NCBI RefSeq assembly: GCF_048593235.1
Contig: NC_133619.1
Coordinates: 417,721,644-417,785,643, forward strand
Direction of reading: 5' to 3'
DNA length: 64,000 bases
Origin: Sminthopsis crassicaudata
Taxonomy: Eukaryota
The notes beneath the pieces are model-generated. The model ran no database searches. It saw nothing but the letters and a program-made list of their open reading frames with translations, and had not been told where the DNA came from. This document shows, piece by piece, positions 27,165 to 37,830 of the stretch; position 1 is the stretch's first letter, and each line of letters starts with the position of its first letter. The translations under genes and the position numbers were made by a program.

Positions 27165-27699
27165 TGTTATGATATTGTGGCAATGCCTGACTTATGGGAT
27201 TAGAGTTATGTGTTTAAGATCACGGAATTCCACAGTGGTCCCACAGAGTTAAGGCTGGAACATTAAAAAAAAGGCACCTGGAAGGAAGGAAATGTTTTCT
27301 GATTTTGCAAAGTGAATTATAGGGCTTGAAGCATCTGCTAAAGGTTATCTGGCTCACTTACCTCACAGACTTATGAAATATTTTGAAAAATCTTAAGATG
27401 AGATATAAAGAGACTATTATCTGCCTATAATGCCCAAAGAGATGGGGTTAAGGTTTGTTTTTTGGAAGATAAGGTAGATGCTATCTTGTTTCCACAATCT
27501 TGCTTAGTAACATGCTTCATCACTTTAAAGCTCATGCTTAAATTATCTTAACCTGATCTTTTTTACTCTTAGTTTAAGTTTACTTCCTTTTACTTTATCA
27601 TCATTTAGAAAGAACAACTTGTTACTACCCATTCTACTACCCACTAATTTCTAGAATGGATTGCCCATCAATAAAGTTTTAATCATTCTCTTTTCCACA
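27165..27699 (+). mobile_element. Possible old solo LTR in ASNSD1 intron 2
   Basis: TGTTAT start, AATAAA at 27670-27675, CA end; no TSD recovered. Confidence 0.3.
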
Positions 27700-27989
27700 T
27701 TTAATTTTAGTAGAAGCAAGAAGACCATAGGTAGCAAAATCTGTGGCATAGTGGACTTGGAAATCAGGAAACTTTTGGTTTGAATTCTGTTTTTGCTATT
27801 TAACAGTTGTGGCAATAGGTCAGTCATTTAACTTGAATCTGTTTCCTCATATGCAAAATGGGAATAATGCTTATACCTACTCCACCAAGTTGTAAAAAGC
27901 TAAACTGAATGCAGAAGACTGTTCTTTAAATGTAAAAGTGTTAGATCTGTTATTATCATATGTGCAAAATTAATTTGGTTATTACTTAC

Positions 27990-28043
27990 TCTGTTTTTCT
28001 TCAAGTTAGAAAGTTCATCCACGACAACTTTTTGTTCTTTAAT
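27990..28043 (-). CDS. ASDURF: ASDURF coding exon 2 (54 nt)
   Basis: tttttattAG / AGA|GTAAGT; IKEQKVVVDELSNLKKNR. Confidence 0.93.
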
Positions 28044-30559
28044 CTAATAAAAACAAGATTGAAACAGATATTCTTATTTGAGAGATTTTTCTACATGATA
28101 AGGTAACTAGCTTTATTTTTTCAACAATCTGACTCAGTCATCTCGCTACTGTAAATATATCCCAAAAAATTAATTAAAAAGAACCATTTGTAATTATGCT
28201 TAGCACTGACCAGGAAAAAAGAACAAAAACATGGCTAAACAGACTGGCATATCAATGCAAAAGAACATAGTATAACACCACAAAGAATGCAAAGGATGTT
28301 ATAAATATAAAAAGAAAAAATAATGTAGAATTTTTAAAAAAGAACAATGCCATACACATACGCAAATGTAAAATTATAAGAATCAAAAGGCATCATAATA
28401 TAAATTGCTACTGTATATGTTTAAAAAAAATCATGGTTTGTAATATTGTCCAAAAGCACTATCTCTCTCCATCAATGGAGATTACAATCTATGACTTAGC
28501 AGATGGTCTTTGAAAGTTCATGTGACTGAATCATCACTTTGCAGCCAACTCAAAGGCATGCTTCCCCAGCTTGGCATAAGGACAGACTTACAGATCACTG
28601 CACCTATCACTAGAATCACCAGAACCTGCATTCTGTTAGGACAGGATCACCTCTCACCCCACCACAACGGGACAGTTCAGAAAATGTTTGTACATATAAG
28701 ATTAGTTTTTAATGCGAATTTTCTTAAATACATATATATATATATATAAACTTATCTAGTTCCTTTCCCTTAAATGTTGGATAGAATGGGGAAGTTGAAC
28801 ACTAAATGAAGTGTGGAGGTAGACAGTTATTTTGGGCAGTAGTTAGAGAAGAGCTTATTAAGATTGTGAATCCCTACAAGCTACCCAGTAAACTGGGGTG
28901 TGGTAATAGCCCACCAGCACACTGATTACCACCCCAAGTAAAACAAACAACTTGGATTAGATAACATTTAAGAAAGTAACAAATTAAAGAACTTGATGAT
29001 TACAAAGACAAATTGCAGTATAGGAAAGATCACTAGATTTAGTAATCAGAAAAACTCAGCTTTGACACTTAATAGCTGTGTGTTTGTAGACAAGTCATAA
29101 CTTCTAAGAGTATCTAATTCTTTAAATGTAAAATGGAAATACTGATACACTATCTCACAAGGCTGTGAGACAAATGTGAAACAATTTTTAAATGGTATAT
29201 ACATGAGCTTATCATACTATAAAGTATACCATATTCTGTCAATATAACAATGCAGTGTTACCTTCGGAAGCTAACAAATACTTTTTTATTTCCCTTTGAA
29301 GGCTGACTAGTATAATATTCATTCACTTCAGATCCAATAATAAAGGTCCTGACCCTTTCCTCATCACTAAATTGTATAATGAATGAGCCATGAAATGTCT
29401 TATGACATCCAAGAACAAAGCCAAAGTCACAAGTGAAATAAAGATGATACGTTACAATATAGTTCTTTAAGGCTTAAAAATAACCTGTGAGAACAGCAGT
29501 GCAATATTAATATCCCCATTCTACAGAGAAGGAAAATTTCCTCCATGGAACCAAATTGCCTAGGAAAATAATGGCTAACATATAATACCTTAAGAGAGTT
29601 TATGTACATTTTAGATACATTATTAAATTTAATCTTTCCAATAAATTGTGGGATGACTCCATCATCACTTTTTATTACAGATAAATTACATTCAGTTCAG
29701 AAATTAAGTAATTTGGCCAGGGTTGAACAATTAATGAGTCAAAGATTGGAATCCTGGTCTTCTTCCCTATTCATTATAAGCTCCATAAGTATGGGAATTG
29801 TCTTGCCACTTTTTGCATCCCTAGCACTTTACATAGTGCCTGGTACATAGTAGGTACTTTCTGAAAGTCCAGCACCACCCTATGAAGCTGTTATGGGATG
29901 CAGAATTCAAAACTAGATGAACTTGCCACTCTGTGGCAGGAATCAGGGGTAGAGGACTAAATTCCAATTCTGTGATCTCGTATCAACTACCTTTAATAGG
30001 CTAGACTTTCAACTCCTCAGATCTAATAATAGCTAACGTGTATTTAGCACTTTCCACGTGCTAGGTACAAGCTATTACCAAGAATTTAATTTGATTATCA
30101 CAATCACCCTGGGAGGTGGAGGCTATTATCATCATCTCTATTTTTTAAAATGAGTTAACTAATGGAAACGAGATTAAATGACTTGCCCAGTATCATACAG
30201 TTATTAAGTGTCTGAGGCTGACCTAACTCCAGATCCAGCACTCAATCAGCTGAAAGAAAAGGGCACTGGGCAAACTGATCTTCAAGGTACTTTATAGCAA
30301 TAAATACCAAGATCCCAGTTCTGACTGGAAAATGAGTGTTCTTTCCTTTATAACATTTCCTAAACCACAGAATTCTTTTCTACTCACTTTTCTAAAAGCT
30401 TGAAATGGTGAGGGGGTAGTGTCACTGGGGGTTTGAGGAACCTAAGGAGTCCCTGACAGTAAACACCTGGGCTTCTCCCTACTCCTATCCTCACTCCCCA
30501 TGAGGCAACTTCTCCCCGCTAACAACGCTGAATTCCGATCCCTCCTGTTGTACCAAATG

Positions 30560-31390
30560 TACAAGCCCTCCTACCCACGCCACGTTCAGGACAAGTCCGT
30601 GAACAGGAACTAAAGTCGTGACATACATCTTAACGTTTGACTCACATTCCCCCCCAGATGCTCCCTTTCATCTCCCCTGCTCTAGCCCAAAACTTCCCAG
30701 GGGCCTGGATTCAAAAGAGCTTACTGGCCATTTAAAAAAGGGCCGGGGGCGGGGGTGGAGAAATAAACCGCAATTGCGCTATGTTAGTAGTCTTCGGGTG
30801 GGCTGCAGATTCTCCCACGTGACCGCGTGGAGTAGAGAATGGAGGGGAAGTAGTCCCAATGGGCGGCCTGTAGTCTGCACTAAGCACGCTTCTCCTGGTA
30901 TCAGCGGAGGCACACAAAACGCTGTCTCTAGAGGCGCCTTCCTTCCGCTCGGGAGGCGCAGGGGATGCTCATCTATAAACTCTCCTTTCGCCCACAGGGG
31001 GGCGCTCCCACTGTGACATTCCCAGTCTTACCTTTGAGTTGAGTTCCTCCTTATTTAGGGACAGTTTAGCGGAAATGGCGGGGTCGGTTCCATCCTCCCT
31101 GCGCGTCCCCCTACCCGGCATCCTTACCCCAACGCCACAATTAGAGACCAGGGCCGACTCTATCTGAAGTGGCCGCTTACAAACACGGCCTCAAAACTTC
31201 TGTGAAATTCCCTCTCTAGCCCTCCCTCCTTGCTCTTTCTTTCTCCCCAGAAATAGCTCTCTGGCTTGTTATCGGTTTTGTGTGCACTCCAGATGGTCAT
31301 CGGAGCCGCGCAAGAGTCCAGCGTCTCTGCGCATGCGCGACCGCTACTTCCTGGCCTCTCTGCGCATGCGCAGCTGTCTATGCCGGCTCT
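30560..31390 (-). promoter_or_regulatory. CpG island / housekeeping promoter of ASDURF-ASNSD1
   Basis: CpG-rich; two NRF1 sites GCGCATGCGC (31329-31338 and the perfect palindrome TGCGCATGCGCA at 31361-31372) flank an ETS site (CAGGAAGT, 31346-31353); E-box CACGTGAC at 30816-30823; YY1-type AAATGGCG at 31073-31080. Confidence 0.85.
31032..31121 (-). CDS. ASDURF: ASDURF coding exon 1 (ASNSD1 upstream ORF protein, 96 aa total)
   Basis: aggATG context; MPGRGTRREDGTDPAISAKLSLNKEELNSK then AAG|GTAAGA donor; resembles recalled human MPSRGTRPED...KEDLSSK. Confidence 0.9.
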
Positions 31391-32508
31391 TTTCTGTACT
31401 GAACCTAGAAATTAATGCTGCTTGTCTTTGTACTCCCTTCTTCCTCTTGTAGTTATCGCTGTCTTCAGCAGGAATAACCCCCCACGTTTTAAATTTATGC
31501 TGTTTGGAGTTAACAGGCATTTATTAAGCTCTTAACCATGTGCTCGGCTCCATCTAAAGCGCTGGGGATAACCTCTGATTTTCGTCTTCCTTTGCTCTTG
31601 GAGGGTCCTTTGCCTTGGGATCTCACAGGTTAGGAGACTTAAGTTAGGAAATGGGGAAAGGTTTTCTGCTATTAATAATCTTGGAAGAGCTGCCTAGCAC
31701 GAAACGGTCAAGTGGTTTGCCCAGGTTTCCACCACCACTAGGTGTCAGCCGGGATTTGAACCTGCTTATCTGGTGTTATATATGTTATTGTTATAAGTAA
31801 GTTATTTACAATTAAAAAAAAAATCAAACATTTATCTTTTTCTCTCCTTCCCTTCCCTCCCCCATTAAAAAGAAAAAACTTGTAAAAATATTCACAGCTA
31901 ACATTGTCCTTGTCTTCCAAAATGCATATTCATTTTGCAGACTATCTCAGTCCTGGTTTAAAATTGAATTGATCGTATTCTAAAATTTCTCAAAGTAGTC
32001 TTTCTAATGATGTACAAATTGTGTAACTTTTAGCTTTGCTCACTTTACTCTCACTTGGTACAAATCTTCCCAATTTTCTCTGAGCCCACCTCAGAGTAGT
32101 GCAATAATATTCCACTATATTTACATGTCATAGCCAATCCCAGAAGATAGCCTCACTTTGTTTCTGATTTTTTGCCACTGCAAAAAGAACTATATATTTT
32201 TTGTGCTTATGGCTCATTTTCTGCTTGCTTTGATTTCTGGGGTATAGGCCTAATGAATGGCCTATCACATTGGATCAAATGGTAAGAACAGTTTAGTGAC
32301 TTAGTTTCAAATGTCCAGAATACTTAAACCAACTCAGCTTCTGGGAATTAGTGTGCTTGTTTTGTTGCTGTCCTTTGAATAATCATCATTTTTGTCATTT
32401 TGGCAAATTTGATGGTTGGAGTATTTTGTGTTTGAGAGTGTATGTGGCTGTTGACAGAATGGATTTCTTACTTTCCAAAACTATTTTTAAGCTTCAACCT
32501 TCACGAAT

Positions 32509-32985
32509 TGTAACGTGCTGTTGTCTCCAGAAGCTGCCGATTGCTCAATGAGAGGAGATCTGCTGTGACAACTCAAATCTCTCAGACAGATTCTTCTACC
32601 TGTAGAGAACCGTTTTCTCCAGACAGTTAACTGTGGTCCAGAGTAGTGACTTCCCTCTTTTATCCTCCCAGAGAATGGGTGTGGGATAATGCAAGGGCTT
32701 CTGGGAAGAACTACTTCAACCAATGAGCTTGCTCCTCCTAAGCATGAAAGCTCTTCCCCAGAAATTCACAAGTAAAACTCCCAGTCATGGCCGGAACTAG
32801 AGAATTGTCAAGTACCGACTTAGCACTTAGTAAGAACCTAATATCTCATTATCTCATTAGCACTTAGTAAGAACCTAACATCTCCCCCTTTCTTTTGATT
32901 TAGAACATAGGGTGGTCATGACCTTGAAACACAAATCCATCAATATGGGAGGCATTACACATAATTACATAGATTACATAAACAC
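32509..32985 (-). mobile_element. 3' LTR (32509-32880) with PPT and ~100 bp of internal 3' UTR, same family as the 5693-8680 ERV
   Basis: TGTTAG...TTACA termini; identical PPT tctccccctttcttttgatttagaacatagg; UTR similarity to 6099-6200 stops at ~32985. Confidence 0.85.
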
Positions 32986-33613
32986 AACTTACCTTAAATG
33001 GCACTTTTATTTTTCCATCTTTCTTTTGTTGAATTGGAATCAAATAAGTTACCTTAGACATTATCTAGTCTAAAGCTTTTTAAATTGTGGGGTCCTACAT
33101 GAATGAGGAAATACCAAAAAATTTGGCAATAATAAAAATTGGCAACTAATCTCAACAAAGTTCTAATTGGGACATTAACCCATAGTTGGTGAACAGATCC
33201 AGTTATTTTTTGGAGAGCATTTTGGAATTTTGCCTAAAGAATTATTAAACTTCCCATACCCTTTGACCCAATAATACCATTATTGGATCTATTTCCAAGG
33301 ATAATTAGGGGAAAAAAGAAAATAATCTATATGTTCTAAAATGTTTGTAGTAGTTACGTTTGTTATGGCAAAGAACCGGAAATTTCAGGGATGCCCATCA
33401 ACTGGGGGATGACTGAACAATTGTATATGATTATAGTGGATTACTACTTTACTAATAAGAAAGTATGAACTCAATGATCTTAGAAAAAATGGAAAGACTT
33501 TATGAAATAATGAAGAATGAAATGAGCAAAACCAAGAGAATATTGTATTCAGTAACAGTATTACTGTTTTAAGAACAATTTTGAGTGAATTAAGTTGTTT
33601 TGACTATTACAAA

Positions 33614-34621
33614 TGTTGTGCCATTGGCTCACAGAACCAGATAGTGTTTAGAAACACTCAGATTTTATCGTCAAAAGACATTCAAACCACATGTTTCTTA
33701 GAAGACACTCAAAACAGATGGTATCATCCAGAGCCCTGTTGATACCATTCTCAGAATTTAATTCCCGTCGGCATTTTATTATGCTGAGAATCCAGATCCT
33801 AGCACAGACAGACAGAACAGGTAAACGGATGAGATTATGTTCTAAAACATGCAGACTTCCTCTCCTGTGGCCAAAATGAGGGTGTCCACCATTGGGCTTG
33901 GCTGTGGTTGAAAACTTCTCTTTTCTGGGAGACTTTAGAGAAATCCAGAGGGGCAGCTTCTCCCTGATAAAGAGCCCAGATCCTCAGCCACCCTAAGGCC
34001 CAACGCAGAGACCGGAAGGTCTCTAATCTCTAATCCTGCTCTCATTTCTAATAGCTCTCTGGGAAGTCTCCTAATGTAATGCTGGAGAAACTGAGGCAAG
34101 AGAGATTAGAGAGTTTTTAATATTTTATTTGAGGAGAGATTGTGCTGGGGGCATGTTGCCCCCAGGGCTGATGTCTCAAAACATCCAGTTTGAATGTGAG
34201 TTCTCAATGCCATATATATGGCTCTAAGCTCAGGTAGATAGACAAAGGCCAGGGTGGGGGACAGTGGGGGGGTGGGGGTGGAGTCCAAACTCTGGTGGAG
34301 TGGAAATCTCCAAAAAGAGAACATCAATCCGCTTCTGACAGGTTGGGGGGTTGGACCATAAATTCTTACAAATTGGGAGGACTTAGGAGGTATCCAACAA
34401 GACCCAGGAAGTCTGAAACTTAGAGATACCAATTAGGTATCTGAGATAGGACATCTGCCAGATCTCCACAGTCCTAATGATCTCAGTTCTAATAAGCAGA
34501 AAATGGGGATTGCAACCAGGGGGATTGAGGCAGAATAAGGAACTGAGGCAGAACAATTCAGGGAAACTGAGGCAGAACAATTTAGGATAACTGAGGCAGG
34601 ACAATTAAAAAGAACACAACA
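33614..34621 (-). mobile_element. ERV1-like LTR (34075-34621) plus ~460-bp leader-like sequence, inserted as one unit
   Basis: 4-bp TSD caaa (33610-33613 / 34622-34625); LTR part homologous to 3418-3904; adjoining part has gamma-leader-like tctgtctgtctgtg on minus. Confidence 0.7.
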
Positions 34622-34632
34622 CAAATACTTAA

Positions 34633-34903
34633 TTTTTAAAAAAAATTAATTTTATAATTATAATTTTTTGACAATACATGTGCATGGGTAATTTTTTTTT
34701 TTTTTACAATATTATCCCTTGTATTCACTTTTCCTAATTTTCCCCTCCCTCCCTCTACTCCCTCCCTAGATGACGGGCAGTCCCATACATATTGAATGTG
34801 TTACAGTATTTCCTACATACAATATATGTGTGTAAAATCAAATTTCTCGTTGCACGGTAAGAATTGGATTCCAAAGGTATAAGTAACCTGGGTAGAAAGA
34901 CAA
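34633..34903 (-). mobile_element. Heavily 5'-truncated L1 (3' UTR only)
   Basis: T-rich tail on plus; apparent TSD aaatacttaa (34623-34632 / 34904-34913). Confidence 0.7.
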
Positions 34904-36210
34904 TAAATACTTAAAATTTTAAGGACATATGATGAAAGTTTCTATCTACAGTCAGAGAAAGATTTTATATAAAGAAGTATGTATAGAATAATTTTATGCG
35001 TGCCTCCTAGTAGTTATCTCTAAGGTGGAAAAGACTGATGAAAAAAAAAGATAAAAAGAAATTTACATGATAATTTTGTAGTATATTTGGAAAAAATAAT
35101 AAATTTTACCTAAATTTGCAGTTTCATGTATGGTCATTTTTTTTATTGTTCCATGTTATGAAAATGCTTAATTTCCCCATAAATATGTATTAATGTAACA
35201 ACAACAACAAAAAAGATACAATAGAGGTTCAAAATGTGTAAAAAAAAGACCCATCAAAAAAACAAAACAAAACAAAACAAAACAACCAAAAAATAAAGCA
35301 TTCTTACTTGCAAGGGACTGCTAGATGATGAAGTAGAGTGTTGGGCTGGATTCAAGATAGCAAATTCAAATATGACTAAATATTTATTAGCTGTGTGACT
35401 CTTTGCAAATCACTTAACCTTTTTTAAACTCAGTTTCCTCATATGTAAAATGAGCTGCAGAAAGAAAATGGCAAATCATTCCAGTATGTTTGCCTCTTCA
35501 AAAAAACCCAAAACTAAAACAAAAACTCAAATAAGGTTATGAAGAATTTGAAATGATTGAACAACAATCATAATATATGTCTGCAAATGAGAAAATGGTG
35601 CCAGTCTGCTAGATTAGTACCCTAGAATGTTATGTACTTAGATTGCTGAGTGGAGACTTGATGTCGGAAGTATGCCCTGTCCTCTGTTAACCATTGATGT
35701 CTTTGGTCAAATGTCTACCCAATTATGTACTCATTTACTCAATCATATACTCATTTACTCAATCATGTGCTCACAAATCATTTTCCTTTGGGTAATAAAA
35801 CAATTTTTTTTTTTTGCTTTGCTCTTTTTAAACTTACTTCTATCTACCAAATGAAAAGAAGCCCAGCTGGCTGTCTCTCAGAATTGAGACTGATGCCACT
35901 AGAGTGTTCTGATGCTAAATAGTTTTGACTGAATATCATACTTGAACTAAAGTAATGAAACTAAAAATAAAGAAAATCATTACTTTCATTGTACACACAA
36001 ATCGTTTTCAACTTTTTAAAGTCACATCTAATTTTATAAAAACTGAGAATAACATCTAGCTTAGTGACCCCCCTCATTCACCATATTTGGCTCTAAATAA
36101 CTTGGGAATATTTTAGAAAAAATCAAATAAATAGATATAATTCATAGTTCTGTTTTAGTATAGTATAATGATTAGAAATCTAGACTTTTATTTAGGAAGA
36201 TCTAAATTTT

Positions 36211-36914
36211 TTTAATAGTTTTTATTTACCAGATATATGCATGGGTAATTTTACAACATTGACAATTGCCAAACCTTTTGTTCCAATTTTTTTCCCTCCT
36301 TCTCCCTCCTCCCCCCCAGATAGCAGGTCAACCTATACATGTTAAATATATTAAAGTAAAAATTAAATACAATATGTGTACACATGTCCAAATAGTTGTT
36401 TTGCTGTACAAAAAAGAATCGGATTTTGAAATAGTGTACAATTAGCCTGGGAAGGAAATCAAAAATGCAGGCGGACAAAAATAGAGAGATTGGGAATTCT
36501 CTGTAGTGGTTCATAGTCATCTCCCAGAGTTCTTTTCACTGGATGTAGCTGGTTCAGTTCCATTACTGCTCTATTGGAACTGATTTGGTTCATCTCATTG
36601 TTTGAAGAGGGTCATGTCCATCAGAATTGATCATCATATAGTATTGTTATTGAAGAATATAATGATCTCCTGGTCCTGCTCATTTCACTCAGCTTCAGTT
36701 CATGTAAGTCTCTCCAGGCCTTTCTGAAATCATCCTGTTGGTCATTTCTTACACAACAATAATATTCCATAATATTCATATACCACAATTTATTCAGCCA
36801 ATCTCCAATTGATGGGCATCCACGTAGTTTCCAGTTTCTGGCCACTACAAAGAGGGCTGCCACAAACATTCTTGCATGTACATACATTCTTTCATACACA
36901 TTTCCCTTCTTTAA
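36211..36914 (-). mobile_element. 5'-truncated L1
   Basis: ORF2 C-terminal remnant (MFVAALFVVARNWKLRGCPSIGDWLNKLWY); 15-bp TSD gaagatctaaatttt (36196-36210 / 36915-36929). Confidence 0.9.
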
Positions 36915-37696
36915 GAAGATCTAAATTTTAATATCACTTCTGATAGCTTACTACATATATGATAATGGATGAACAACTCTCTTAGTTTTTCTTTATGCTT
37001 GTCTCAAAGATTAAGGATGAGGATAATACTAGTTGTCATATGTACCTCATAGGGTTGTTGTGTTGTTTAAACCTGATAATGGATGAAAAATTAAGAGTTT
37101 TAAAGCTCTCCATAAATCATATAAGTCACATCTTCAGCACCTAAACCACTGCCTTTTTCAGAATGGGCACATAGTATCTTTTTGTCGAATGACTGAATAA
37201 ATGTAGGTGTGATATAATAAGGGTCTAGACTAATAATTAAATAATGGTAATAGCTATTAAGATTTAGTTCAGTAGATCATAACATTTAACTTTGGATCAC
37301 AACACATCAGTGTCAGCCATGATCGTCTTTTCATCCCTTTGGACTAAAAAGACTAATTTTGGGGAAGCAGTTTCAATGTTACCTTTGCTGCATTTCCTTC
37401 ACTTTGCCTTCCTTACTTTTGACAGATTCCTCCAATTTGGCAACTCCAGATTGGCAACTAATCTATAATTTATCTCAGCCCATTTAGATTTTGGTGCTCT
37501 GCCTCTCTCACAACCTTATAGGCCTAAAATCATTCCTGGAAGCTCCCTTTTACAGAGGGAGAGAGGCTGGCCTTTCCCCCCCTCCTTGATGGCTTTTATA
37601 CTTCAAAATGATTCTCTGGTACTTTCATTCTCCCGCTATCCATCTTGCTTTTCAGCTTCTTTTTCTTGTCATCTTCCCTTCTTATAATATAAGAGC

Positions 37697-37830
37697 TTTT
37701 TTTTTTTTTTTTTTTTCCCCTGAGGCTGGGGTTAAGTGACTTGCCCAGGGTCACACAGCTAGGAAATTTGAATTCTGGTCCTCCTGAATTCAGGGCTGGT
37801 GCTCTATCCACTGCGCCACCTAGCTGCCCC
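37697..37830 (-). mobile_element. WSINE1 with internal deletion
   Basis: ggggcagctaggtggcgcagtggatagagcacc head; TSD ataatataaga(g/t)ct (37684-37696 / 37831-37843). Confidence 0.9.

Larger units (their letters stand above)
33170..35170 (+). mobile_element. Old L1 3' fragment interrupted by two later insertions
   Basis: L1-like sequence 33170-33613 resumes at ~34904; the halves rejoin as ttgactattacaaatacttaaaattttaaggacatatg. Confidence 0.65.

Noticed and set aside
30618-31016. 132-aa plus-strand ORF antisense to ASNSD1 intron 1
   Set aside because: TTG start in a GC-rich CpG island where long ORFs occur by chance; no recognisable motif.
34520-34605. Regularly spaced ~21-bp repeats as a CRISPR array
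   Set aside because: Head-to-tail degenerate tandem units with no unique spacers, inside a mammalian LTR.
35728-35766. 20-bp tandem duplication (tactcatttactcaatcat)
   Set aside because: Two copies only; an ordinary slippage product with no sign of function.
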